NCBI RefSeq assembly: GCF_003334315.1 | Contig: NZ_QOWR01000040.1 | Length of the DNA stretch: 43,800 nt | DNA from: Escherichia coli | GTDB lineage: Bacteria > Pseudomonadota > Gammaproteobacteria > Enterobacterales > Enterobacteriaceae | Reading direction: 5' to 3' (one strand) | Translations under genes and position numbers: made by a program | Shown: positions 10,699 through 22,160 of the stretch, piece after piece | Numbering within the stretch: position 1 is the stretch's first letter | Layout: every line of letters begins with the position of its first letter | The notes under the pieces: generated by a model | What the model was told of the DNA's origin: nothing | Database searches by the model: none | The model's input: only the letters and a program-made list of their open reading frames with translations

Positions 10699-10721
10699 TC
10701 CGTACAACGCTTTCTGGTGAA

Positions 10722-10806
10722 TGGTGCGGGAGGCGAGACTTGAACTCGCACACCTTGCGGCGCCAGAACCTAAATCTGGTGCGTCTACCAATTTCGCCAC
10801 TCCCGC
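10722..10806 (-). tRNA. leuW: tRNA-Leu (anticodon UAG)
   Basis: Reverse complement is GCGGGAGTGGCGAAATTGGTAGACGCACCAGATTTAGGTTCTGG... with long variable arm; 85 nt. Confidence 0.95.
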
Positions 10807-10815
10807 AAAAAAAGA

Positions 10816-10892
10816 TGGTGGCTACGACGGGATTCGAACCTGTGACCCCATCATTATGAGTGATGTGCTCTAACCAACTGAGCTACGTAGCC
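10816..10892 (-). tRNA. metT: tRNA-Met elongator (anticodon CAU), first gene of the operon
   Basis: Identical to the tRNA-Met at 10532-10608. Confidence 0.95.
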
Positions 10893-10914
10893 ATCTTTTT
10901 TTTCGCGATACCTT

Positions 10915-10955
10915 ATCGGCGTTGCGGGGCGCATTATGCGTATAGAGCCTTGCAG
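10915..10955 (-). promoter_or_regulatory. Candidate sigma-70 promoter of the tRNA operon with GC-rich discriminator
   Basis: Minus strand reads TTGACG-(17 nt)-CATAAT-GCGCCCC directly upstream of the first tRNA; GC-rich discriminator is typical of stringently controlled stable-RNA promoters. Confidence 0.5.
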
Positions 10956-11233
10956 CGTCAACCTCTTTTTCAAGGAAAATTGCTCGAAAGTGACTGTTTG
11001 GTTAGGTTGCGAACAGCGTGGCGCTATATTCGTCAATTATTGTTTACTTTGTGTTTTTTCCCACCCTACAGCCATTCTTTTGTCATACAGGATGAAATTC
11101 GGAATTTAACAATAGTGGTGGGAAATTAATCTATGAAATACTGGCCTACAGTGATGAGTTGTCAAACAGTGATGTGGCAAACCCGGAACATTTCCTTACT
11201 GCATATCAGAATCAACAAGCACCTCAATAACTG

Positions 11234-11264
11234 AAACAGCCCCGGATTTCACCGGGGCTGTTTC
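11234..11264 (-). terminator. Hairpin downstream of asnB (weak T-run)
   Basis: CAGCCCCGG-atttca-CCGGGGCTG immediately after the asnB stop. Confidence 0.45.
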
Positions 11265-11271
11265 GCATTTC

Positions 11272-12936
11272 TTACTTATACGCCGACTGGTGAACACCAA
11301 CCGCGCGACCAGACGGATCGTCCATTTTCTTGAACGCTTCATCCCATTCGATCGCTTTAGCGGAAGAACAAGCGACGGAAGGACCGCCCGGCACGCACTC
11401 AGCGGCGCTCGGAAGCGGGAATAGTTCTTCAAAGATCTCCCGATACAAGTACGCTTCTTTAGAGGTTGGCGTGTTGTACGGGAAGCGGAAGCGGGCAGTT
11501 TCCAGTTGCTGATCAGAAACCTGCTGCGCAGCCACTTCTTTCAGGGTGTCGATCCAACTGTAACCGACGCCATCGGAGAACTGCTCTTTCTGCCGCCAGG
11601 CCACGCTTGCAGGCAGATACGCTTCAAAACATTCACGCAGGATGTGTTTTTCCATTTTGCCGTTACCGCACATTTTATCCTGTGGGTTAATACGCATCGC
11701 CACATCAAGGAATTTTTTGTCGAGGAACGGAACGCGTGCTTCCACGCCCCAGGCTGACATCGCTTTGTTGGCACGCGCGCAGTCATACATATGCAGGGCC
11801 AGCAGTTTACGCACCGTCTCTTCATGCAGTTCTTTGGCATTCGGTGCTTTGTGGAAGTAAAGATAACCGCCGAACACTTCATCAGAACCTTCACCGGACA
11901 GCACCATTTTAATGCCCATCGCCTTGATCTTACGCGACATTAAATACATCGGTGTTGAAGCGCGAATAGTGGTCACATCATAAGTTTCGATGTGGTAAAT
12001 CACGTCGCGGATGGCATCCAGACCTTCCTGTACAGTGAAGTGAATTTCGTGATGCACCGTGCCCAGATGGTTTGCCACTTCCTGGGCTGCTTTCAGATCC
12101 GGTGAACCCGGCAGACCTACAGCAAAGGAGTGTAACTGCGGCCACCAGGCTTCAGAGCGTTCCTGATCTTCCACGCGACGGGCTGCGTATTTCTTGGTGA
12201 TAGCGGAAATAATTGAGGAATCCAGACCACCAGAAAGCAGCACACCGTAAGGCACATCAGACATCAGATGGCTTTTAACTGAATCTTCCAGTGCCTGACG
12301 CAGCTCGTTTTTGTCGGTCACGTTATCTTTCACCGCATCGTAGTCGAACCAGTCGCGATGATAGTAAGAACGGATTTCGCCGTCCTGGCTCCACAAATAG
12401 CTCCCCGCCGGGAACTCTTTAATCGTGCGGCAAACTGGCACCAGCGCTTTCATTTCTGAGGCCACATACAGCTGACCGTGTTCGTCATACCCCATATACA
12501 GTGGGATGATCCCCAGATGGTCGCGACCAATCAGGTAGGCATCTTTTTCGCTGTCGTACAGTGCAAAGGCAAACATGCCCTGCAAGTCGTCGAGAAATTC
12601 CGGCCCTTTTTCCTGATACAGCGCGAGGATCACTTCACAGTCAGACCCGGTCTGGAACTGGTAACGATCGCCATATTCGGCGCGCAATGCCTGGTGGTTG
12701 TAGATTTCACCGTTTACCGCCAGTACGTGGGTTTTTTGTTGGTTGTAGAGAGGTTGCGCCCCCGCGTTAACGTCAACAATTGACAGACGTTCGTGGGCGA
12801 GAATGGCGTTATCGCTGGCATAAATACCGGACCAGTCCGGGCCACGATGACGCATCAGGCGTGACAGCTCGAGGGCTTTCTTACGCAGCTCAACTGCGTC
12901 TGTTTTGATATCGAATACGCCAAAAATTGAACACAT
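11272..12936 (-). CDS. asnB: Asparagine synthetase B, glutamine-hydrolysing (554 aa; six-frame ORF extends to 13017)
   Basis: N-terminus MCSIFGV with catalytic Cys2 of class-II amidotransferases; full length. Confidence 0.9.
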   Translation of the reverse strand: MCSIFGVFDIKTDAVELRKKALELSRLMRHRGPDWSGIYASDNAILAHERLSIVDVNAGAQPLYNQQKTHVLAVNGEIYNHQALRAEYGDRYQFQTGSDCEVILALYQEKGPEFLDDLQGMFAFALYDSEKDAYLIGRDHLGIIPLYMGYDEHGQLYVASEMKALVPVCRTIKEFPAGSYLWSQDGEIRSYYHRDWFDYDAVKDNVTDKNELRQALEDSVKSHLMSDVPYGVLLSGGLDSSIISAITKKYAARRVEDQERSEAWWPQLHSFAVGLPGSPDLKAAQEVANHLGTVHHEIHFTVQEGLDAIRDVIYHIETYDVTTIRASTPMYLMSRKIKAMGIKMVLSGEGSDEVFGGYLYFHKAPNAKELHEETVRKLLALHMYDCARANKAMSAWGVEARVPFLDKKFLDVAMRINPQDKMCGNGKMEKHILRECFEAYLPASVAWRQKEQFSDGVGYSWIDTLKEVAAQQVSDQQLETARFRFPYNTPTSKEAYLYREIFEELFPLPSAAECVPGGPSVACSSAKAIEWDEAFKKMDDPSGRAVGVHQSAYK

Positions 12937-13183
12937 AACCTTCTCCGTTAACCTGGTATTTGTTGCTTGTTGTGTTTGCTTGTTTAAAAAAATGCCGCAA
13001 AGCAGCACTGTGCGCAAGCGATTTGGCGGTGAAAAAATAAAAAACGTAATGGTGATTGTCGATTGGTGAAAAAAGGTCTGGTGTGAGGATATGTTTATTG
13101 ATGAATCGATAATTTTTAGCGGGTTTTATTGAATGTTTATATTTTACGGGGGCCAAATTGCTGACAAAGTGCGATTTGTTCAT

Positions 13184-13283
13184 GCCGGATGCGGCGTGAA
13201 CGCCTTATCCGGCCTACAAAAGCATGAAAATTCAATATATTGCAGGAGCTGCGTAGGCCTGATAAGCGTAGCGCATCAGGCAG
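13184..13283. repeat. BIME: two inverted REP elements separated by a ~35-bp linker
   Basis: GCCGGATGCGGCGTGAACGCCTTATCCGGCCTAC ... GTAGGCCTGATAAGCGTAGCGCATCAGGCA; same unit as at 21659-21759 and 29081-29190 in inverted orientation. Confidence 0.8.
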
Positions 13284-13332
13284 TTTGGCGTTTGTCATCA
13301 GAGCCAACCACGTCCGCAGACGTGGTTGCTAT

Positions 13333-14085
13333 TCAGATAACGTCGATTTCAGCGACTGACGGGTAAATCCAGCTGGGGCGGAAAGGCATACTGTCGATAT
13401 CGTCGAGCGACGAAACACCAGAAAGCACCAGAATCGTCTCCAGACCTGCCTGGAAGCCGGCCAGAATATCGGTACGCAGGTTATCGCCGACAATCACCGT
13501 TTCTTCCGAATGCGCCTGCATTTTGTTTAATGCTGCGCGGATGATCCACGGGCTGGGCTTACCAACATAGAACGGTTTGCGCCCGGAGATTTTCTCAATC
13601 CCTGCACACAACGCGCCACAAGCGGGATAAAAACCGCGCCCGTGGGTGTCCGGATTGGTGGCGATAAAACGTGCACCGTTAGCGACGAAATAGGCTGCTT
13701 TATGCATCATGTCCCAGTTGTAGGAACGCGTTTCGCCAACAATCACGAAATCAGGGTTCACATCGGTAATAGTGAAACCGGCTTTGTACAGTTCATGAAT
13801 CAGTGCGCCTTCGCCCACCACATACGCTTTCTTGCCTTCCTGGCGACGCAGGAAATCGGCAGTCGCCATCGCAGAGGTATAAAACACGCTGTCAGGTACA
13901 TCGACACCTGCGGTGGCAAAGCGGTTCGCCAGATCTTGCCCAGTCTGCGAAGGATAGTTGGTCAGCAACACCAGCGGCAGGCCTTTATCCATAATCCCGT
14001 GCAAAAATTCCGCTGCACCCGGTACGGCGACGTTATCGTGCATCAGCACGCCGTCGATATCGCAAATTACATTTTTAATGGTCAT
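13333..14085 (-). CDS. umpH: UMP phosphatase UmpH/NagD, HAD superfamily (250 aa)
   Basis: HAD motif DIDGVL near N-terminus; nag operon context. Confidence 0.9.
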   Translation of the reverse strand: MTIKNVICDIDGVLMHDNVAVPGAAEFLHGIMDKGLPLVLLTNYPSQTGQDLANRFATAGVDVPDSVFYTSAMATADFLRRQEGKKAYVVGEGALIHELYKAGFTITDVNPDFVIVGETRSYNWDMMHKAAYFVANGARFIATNPDTHGRGFYPACGALCAGIEKISGRKPFYVGKPSPWIIRAALNKMQAHSEETVIVGDNLRTDILAGFQAGLETILVLSGVSSLDDIDSMPFRPSWIYPSVAEIDVI

Positions 14086-14132
14086 GGACTACCCAGAATA
14101 TTGACAACAATAAGCGCCACTATAAAAGCACA

Positions 14133-15353
14133 TTAATTTTCCAGCAAATGCTGGAGCAAAATACCGTTGAGCATGGCGCGTTTTACCAGCGCAAAAGCGC
14201 CGATTGCCGAGCGGTGATCCAGCTCAGAACGTACCACCGGCAGATTAGTGCGAAACGCCTTCAGCGCCTGGGTATTAATGCAGCTTTCAATAGCAGGGAG
14301 CAGCACTTTATCGGCTTCGGTGATTTCACCGGCAATAACAATTTTTTGCGGATTAAATAAGTTGATAGCAATGGCGATGGTTTTACCCAGATGACGACCG
14401 ACATACTCAATTACTTCCGACGCCAGACTATCGCCTTTGTTCGCGGCTTTGCAGATAGTTTTGATGGTGCAGTCGTCCAGCGGCACGCGGCTCTGGTAGC
14501 CCTGCTTTAACAGATTCAACACCCGTTGTTCAATGGCAGCGTTGGCGGCGATAGTTTCCAGGCAGCCAAAGTTGCCGCAGTGGCAGCGTTCACCCAGCGG
14601 TTCGACCTGAATATGGCCAATTTCACCGACGTTGCCGTTGCGGCCAATAAAAATGCGCCCGTTAGAGATGATTCCGGCCCCGGTTCCGCGATGGACACGC
14701 ACTAAAATGGAGTCTTCGCAATCCTGACTTGCACCGAAGTAGTGCTCTGCCAGCGCCAGACTACGGATATCGTGACCAACGAAACAGGTCACTTTAAAAC
14801 GCTCTTCCAGTGCTTCTACCAGCCCCCAGTTTTCCACCTGAATATGCGGCATGTAATGAATTTTGCCGCTGTCCGGGTCAACAAGTCCAGGCAGGATCAC
14901 GGAAATGGCGATCAGCTCGCGCAGCTTGCGTTGGTAGCTATCAATAAACTGAGCAATGGCATTCAGCAGGGCATGTTCCAGCGTCTGCTGGGTACGTTCC
15001 GGCAGCGGGTAATGTTCTTCTGCCAGCACTTTGCTGCTGAGATCAAACAGAGTAATGGTGGCGTCGTGACGACCAAGCCGTACACCGATTGCGTGGAAAT
15101 TGCGGGTTTCGGTGACGATAGAGATAGCGCGGCGGCCCCCGGTGGAGGCCTGCTGATCAACTTCTTTGATCAGCCCGCGTTCGATAAGCTGACGCGTAAT
15201 TTTGGTTACGCTGGCGGGGGCAAGCTGGCTTTGCTCGGCAATCTGAATCCGCGAGATTGGCCCGTACTGGTCAATCAGGCGATAAACCGCCGCGCTGTTA
15301 AGCTGTTTTACGAGATCAACATTACCTATCTGAGCTTGTCCGCCTGGTGTCAT
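14133..15353 (-). CDS. nagC: N-acetylglucosamine repressor NagC, ROK family (406 aa)
   Basis: N-terminal HTH plus ROK sugar-kinase-like domain with Cys/His zinc motif (HCGNFGC). Confidence 0.9.
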   Translation of the reverse strand: MTPGGQAQIGNVDLVKQLNSAAVYRLIDQYGPISRIQIAEQSQLAPASVTKITRQLIERGLIKEVDQQASTGGRRAISIVTETRNFHAIGVRLGRHDATITLFDLSSKVLAEEHYPLPERTQQTLEHALLNAIAQFIDSYQRKLRELIAISVILPGLVDPDSGKIHYMPHIQVENWGLVEALEERFKVTCFVGHDIRSLALAEHYFGASQDCEDSILVRVHRGTGAGIISNGRIFIGRNGNVGEIGHIQVEPLGERCHCGNFGCLETIAANAAIEQRVLNLLKQGYQSRVPLDDCTIKTICKAANKGDSLASEVIEYVGRHLGKTIAIAINLFNPQKIVIAGEITEADKVLLPAIESCINTQALKAFRTNLPVVRSELDHRSAIGAFALVKRAMLNGILLQHLLEN

Positions 15354-15361
15354 ACTTTCTC

Positions 15362-17370
<2,009 letters not shown>

Positions 17371-17702
17371 TATTCACCTCAATAAGTAAAATGTAAGCCG
17401 TTGGCGGATTAGGCATCTTTAAGCGTAACCTGGATTTGCGCAGACAGGCGTCAATCCGACCTGATTTTTTGAATGATAAAATAAGTTTTCTGGTTTAGCC
17501 AGTAAAAGGGAGTGATGATAACGATATTTGGTGACAAAACTCACAAAAGACACGCGTTTAATTTGCGATACGAATTAAATTTTCACACACTCTGTAGCAG
17601 ATGATCTAACAATCTGATTACAGAACATCGGCAGTACAATTTGCAGCAAAATAAAAATACGGCTTTAAACGAGCCAAATAGGGTTCTCGTAGGGGGAATA
17701 AG
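17371..17702. promoter_or_regulatory. Divergent nagB / nagE control region with a CRP site (17528-17549) and an adjacent NagC-operator-like AT-rich palindrome (17551-17583)
   Basis: GGTGACAAAACTCACA matches CRP consensus TGTGA-N6-TCACA; TTAATTTGCGATACGAATTAAA is an imperfect palindrome next to it. Confidence 0.6.
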
Positions 17703-19649
17703 ATGAATATTTTAGGTTTTTTCCAGCGACTCGGTAGGGCGTTACAGCTCCCTATCGCGGTGCTGCCGGTGGCGGCACTGTTGCTGCGATTCGGTCAGCC
17801 AGATTTACTTAACGTTGCGTTTATTGCCCAGGCGGGCGGTGCGATTTTTGATAACCTCGCATTAATCTTCGCCATCGGTGTGGCATCCAGCTGGTCGAAA
17901 GACAGCGCAGGTGCGGCGGCGCTGGCGGGTGCGGTAGGTTACTTTGTGTTAACCAAAGCGATGGTGACCATCAACCCAGAAATAAACATGGGTGTACTGG
18001 CGGGTATCATTACCGGTCTGGTTGGTGGCGCAGCCTATAACCGTTGGTCCGATATTAAACTGCCGGACTTCCTGAGCTTCTTCGGCGGCAAACGCTTTGT
18101 GCCGATTGCCACCGGCTTCTTCTGCCTGGTGCTGGCGGCCATTTTTGGTTACGTCTGGCCGCCGGTACAGCACGCTATCCATGCAGGAGGCGAGTGGATC
18201 GTTTCTGCGGGCGCGCTGGGTTCCGGTATCTTTGGTTTCATCAACCGTCTGCTGATCCCAACCGGTCTGCATCAGGTGCTGAACACCATCGCCTGGTTCC
18301 AGATTGGTGAATTCACCAACGCGGCGGGTACGGTTTTCCACGGTGATATCAACCGCTTCTATGCCGGTGACGGCACCGCGGGGATGTTCATGTCCGGCTT
18401 CTTCCCGATTATGATGTTCGGTCTGCCGGGTGCGGCGCTGGCGATGTACTTCGCAGCACCGAAAGAGCGTCGTCCGATGGTTGGCGGGATGCTGCTTTCT
18501 GTTGCTGTTACTGCGTTCCTGACCGGTGTGACTGAGCCGCTGGAATTCCTGTTCATGTTCCTTGCACCGCTGCTGTACCTCCTGCACGCACTGCTGACCG
18601 GTATCAGCCTGTTTGTGGCAACACTGCTGGGTATCCATGCTGGCTTCTCTTTCTCTGCGGGGGCTATCGACTACGCGTTGATGTATAACCTGCCGGCCGC
18701 CAGCCAGAACGTCTGGATGCTGCTGGTGATGGGTGTTGTCTTCTTCGCTATCTACTTCGTGGTGTTCAGTTTGGTTATCCGCATGTTCAACCTGAAAACG
18801 CCGGGTCGTGAAGATAAAGAAGACGAGATCGTTACTGAAGAAGCCAACAGCAACACTGAAGAAGGCCTCAATCAACTGGCGACCAACTATATTGCTGCGG
18901 TTGGCGGCACTGACAACCTGAAAGCAATTGACGCCTGTATCACCCGTCTGCGCCTTACAGTGGCTGACTCTGCCCGCGTTAACGATACGATGTGTAAACG
19001 TCTGGGTGCTTCTGGTGTAGTAAAACTGAACAAACAGACTATTCAGGTGATTGTTGGCGCGAAAGCAGAATCCATCGGCGATGCGATGAAGAAAGTCGTT
19101 GCCCGCGGTCCGGTAGCAGCTGCGTCAGCTGAAGCAACTCCGGCAACTGCCGCGCCTGTAGCAAAACCGCAGGCTGTACCAAACGCGGTATCTATCGCGG
19201 AGCTGGTATCGCCGATTACCGGTGATGTCGTGGCACTGGATCAGGTTCCTGACGAAGCATTCGCCAGCAAAGCGGTGGGTGACGGTGTGGCGGTGAAACC
19301 GACAGATAAAATCGTCGTATCACCAGCCGCAGGGACAATCGTGAAAATCTTCAACACCAACCACGCGTTCTGCCTGGAAACCGAAAAAGGCGCGGAGATC
19401 GTCGTCCATATGGGTATCGACACCGTAGCGCTGGAAGGTAAAGGCTTTAAACGTCTGGTGGAAGAGGGTGCGCAGGTAAGCGCAGGGCAACCGATTCTGG
19501 AAATGGATCTGGATTACCTGAACGCTAACGCCCGCTCGATGATTAGCCCGGTGGTTTGCAGCAATATCGACGATTTCAGTGGCTTGATCATTAAAGCTCA
19601 GGGCCATGTTGTGGCGGGTCAAACACCGCTGTATGAAATCAAAAAGTAA
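17703..19649 (+). CDS. nagE: PTS N-acetylglucosamine-specific EIICBA component NagE (648 aa)
   Basis: N-terminal multi-TM EIIC, EIIB cysteine region (CITRLR), C-terminal EIIA; full length. Confidence 0.9.
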   Translation: MNILGFFQRLGRALQLPIAVLPVAALLLRFGQPDLLNVAFIAQAGGAIFDNLALIFAIGVASSWSKDSAGAAALAGAVGYFVLTKAMVTINPEINMGVLAGIITGLVGGAAYNRWSDIKLPDFLSFFGGKRFVPIATGFFCLVLAAIFGYVWPPVQHAIHAGGEWIVSAGALGSGIFGFINRLLIPTGLHQVLNTIAWFQIGEFTNAAGTVFHGDINRFYAGDGTAGMFMSGFFPIMMFGLPGAALAMYFAAPKERRPMVGGMLLSVAVTAFLTGVTEPLEFLFMFLAPLLYLLHALLTGISLFVATLLGIHAGFSFSAGAIDYALMYNLPAASQNVWMLLVMGVVFFAIYFVVFSLVIRMFNLKTPGREDKEDEIVTEEANSNTEEGLNQLATNYIAAVGGTDNLKAIDACITRLRLTVADSARVNDTMCKRLGASGVVKLNKQTIQVIVGAKAESIGDAMKKVVARGPVAAASAEATPATAAPVAKPQAVPNAVSIAELVSPITGDVVALDQVPDEAFASKAVGDGVAVKPTDKIVVSPAAGTIVKIFNTNHAFCLETEKGAEIVVHMGIDTVALEGKGFKRLVEEGAQVSAGQPILEMDLDYLNANARSMISPVVCSNIDDFSGLIIKAQGHVVAGQTPLYEIKK

Positions 19650-19658
19650 TCTGCTTTA

Positions 19659-19743
19659 TGCCTGATGCGACGCTTGACGCGTCTTATCAGGCCTACAAAA
19701 GCTCAGTCCAGGTTGGATAAGACGCTTAAGCGTCGCATCCAAC
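19659..19743. repeat. REP elements downstream of nagE
   Basis: TGCCTGATGCGACGCTTGACGCGTCTTATCAGGCCTAC and GGATAAGACGCTTAAGCGTCGCATCC palindromes. Confidence 0.75.
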
Positions 19744-19763
19744 AATGACGCAGGACTGGCAAA

Positions 19764-19796
19764 AGCGGTGGAGATCTTCTCTGCCGCTTTTTTTTT
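19764..19796 (+). terminator. Intrinsic terminator after nagE
   Basis: Imperfect hairpin AGCGGTGGAGA...TCTCTGCCGCT followed by a 9-T run. Confidence 0.65.
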
Positions 19797-19916
19797 CATC
19801 AATCATCCCCATAATCTCAGTGAGATTTTCGATTTTCACTAACTAACAGTTGTCAGCCTGTCCCGCTTATAAGATCATACGCCGTTATACGTTGTTTACG
19901 CTTTGAGGAATCCACG

Positions 19917-21581
19917 ATGAGTGAGGCAGAAGCCCGCCCGACTAACTTTATCCGTCAGATCATCGATGAAGATCTGGCCAGTGGTAAGCACACCACAGTA
20001 CACACCCGTTTCCCGCCGGAGCCGAATGGCTATCTGCATATTGGCCATGCGAAATCTATCTGCCTGAACTTCGGGATCGCCCAGGACTATAAAGGCCAGT
20101 GCAACCTGCGTTTCGACGACACTAACCCGGTAAAAGAAGATATCGAGTATGTTGAGTCGATCAAAAACGACGTAGAGTGGTTAGGTTTTCACTGGTCTGG
20201 TAACGTCCGTTACTCCTCCGATTATTTTGATCAGCTCCACGCCTATGCGATCGAACTGATCAATAAAGGCCTGGCGTACGTTGATGAACTGACGCCGGAA
20301 CAGATCCGCGAATACCGCGGCACCCTGACGCAACCGGGTAAAAACAGCCCGTACCGCGACCGCAGCGTTGAAGAGAACCTGGCGCTGTTCGAAAAAATGC
20401 GTGCCGGTGGTTTTGAAGAAGGTAAAGCCTGCCTGCGTGCGAAAATCGACATGGCTTCACCGTTTATCGTGATGCGCGATCCGGTGCTGTACCGTATTAA
20501 ATTTGCTGAACACCACCAGACTGGCAACAAGTGGTGCATCTACCCGATGTACGACTTCACCCACTGCATCAGCGATGCCCTGGAAGGTATTACGCACTCT
20601 CTGTGTACGCTTGAGTTCCAGGACAACCGTCGTCTGTACGACTGGGTACTGGACAACATCACGATTCCTGTTCACCCGCGCCAGTATGAGTTCTCGCGCC
20701 TGAATCTGGAATACACCGTGATGTCCAAGCGTAAGTTGAACCTGCTGGTGACCGACAAGCACGTTGAAGGCTGGGATGACCCGCGTATGCCGACCATTTC
20801 CGGTCTGCGTCGTCGTGGTTACACTGCGGCTTCTATTCGTGAGTTCTGCAAACGCATCGGCGTGACCAAGCAGGACAACACCATTGAGATGGCGTCGCTG
20901 GAATCCTGCATCCGTGAAGATCTCAACGAAAATGCGCCGCGCGCAATGGCGGTTATCGATCCGGTGAAACTGGTTATCGAAAACTATCAGGGCGAAGGCG
21001 AAATGGTTACCATGCCGAACCATCCGAACAAACCGGAAATGGGCAGCCGTCAGGTGCCGTTTAGCGGTGAGATTTGGATTGATCGCGCCGATTTCCGCGA
21101 AGAAGCTAACAAGCAGTACAAACGTCTGGTGCTGGGTAAAGAAGTGCGTCTGCGTAATGCTTATGTGATTAAGGCAGAACGCGTCGAGAAAGATGCCGAA
21201 GGTAATATCACCACCATCTTCTGTACTTATGACGCCGATACCTTAAGCAAAGATCCGGCAGATGGTCGTAAAGTCAAAGGTGTTATTCACTGGGTGAGCG
21301 CGGCACATGCGCTGCCGGTTGAAATCCGTTTGTATGACCGTCTGTTCAGCGTGCCTAACCCAGGTGCTGCGGATGATTTCCTGTCGGTGATTAACCCGGA
21401 ATCGCTGGTGATCAAACAGGGCTTTGCTGAACCGTCGCTGAAAGATGCGGTTGCGGGTAAAGCATTCCAGTTTGAGCGTGAAGGTTACTTCTGCCTCGAT
21501 AGCCGCCATTCTACGGCGGAAAAACCGGTATTTAACCGCACCGTTGGGCTGCGTGATACCTGGGCGAAAGTAGGCGAGTAA
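19917..21581 (+). CDS. glnS: Glutaminyl-tRNA synthetase GlnS (554 aa)
   Basis: Class-I motifs HIGHAKS and VMSKR; full length. Confidence 0.95.
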
Positions 21582-21597
21582 TTTTAAGTTTCGCTAT

Positions 21598-21759
21598 GCC
21601 GGATGGGGCGTTTACGTCGCATCCGGCAAGGAACAGACAAACAGTTTCAAACGCTAAATTGCCTGATGCGCTACGCTTATCAGGCCTACATGATCTCTGC
21701 AATATATTGAGTTTGCGTGCTTTTGTAGGCCGGATAAGGCGTTCACGCCGCATCCGGCA
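21598..21759. repeat. REP/BIME cluster downstream of glnS
   Basis: Three REP palindromes; the distal pair (21659-21759) forms the same BIME unit seen at 13184-13283 and 29081-29190. Confidence 0.8.
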
Positions 21760-21778
21760 AGAAATATGCAAACAATCC

Positions 21779-21806
21779 AAAACGCCGCGCTCTGCGGCGT
21801 TTTTTC
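21779..21806 (+). terminator. Intrinsic terminator after glnS and the BIME cluster
   Basis: CGCCGC-gctct-GCGGCG hairpin followed by TTTTTT. Confidence 0.7.
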
Positions 21807-22032
21807 TGCTTTTCTTCGCGAATTAATTCCGCTTCGCAATTTATCCATAAAATAAATTTAAAATCACAAAACATAATTAAATAAAATGTAACCGCTTTCA
21901 TCTTGCTGGAAATTCACGCTTTTATTCTTCTGCAAGCCTTTCAACCGCAAACTTAAGCCTTGTAACAAAAATCATCAAAATATGTGCGGTTGCTCATGTT
22001 CTTACATTCTGGTTACAGAAAGAGATTGATAA

Positions 22033-22045
22033 TTCGCGTCGCGAA
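22033..22045. promoter_or_regulatory. Perfect palindrome TTCGCG-t-CGCGAA in the chiP promoter region (candidate NagC operator)
   Basis: Palindrome seen directly; chiP is reported to be NagC-repressed; the assignment is inference. Confidence 0.35.
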
Positions 22046-22160
22046 AAATAGTCTGTTCCTGTAGTCAGCGAGACTTTTCTCAACGCTACTTTTTTAATTT
22101 TTATTTTTTTTCGCTGTTCACCTTTGGTGCAGCAATTTATACGTCAAAGAGGATTAACCC

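Noticed and set aside
10410-10892. tRNA cluster as an integration site for a prophage or genomic island
   Set aside because: No integrase, no tRNA 3'-end direct repeat and no foreign gene block next to the tRNA genes; asnB and ubiF flank them as in the ordinary chromosome.
10623-11129. ORFs of 60-89 aa overlapping the tRNA genes and their promoter (10623-10859, 10854-11036, 10860-11129)
   Set aside because: They cover tRNA genes and a stable-RNA promoter and have no RBS; the region is non-coding.
13133-13366. Small ORFs inside REP/BIME clusters (13133-13366, 21596-21826, 21654-21848, 28909-29184)
   Set aside because: They are read through palindromic repeat units and the same pseudo-peptide recurs at each copy; repeat-derived, not genes.
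21598-21759. Possible CRISPR array suggested by the recurring palindromic repeats
   Set aside because: Repeats are REP palindromes of variable spacing and orientation, not regularly spaced direct repeats with unique spacers; no cas genes in the window.
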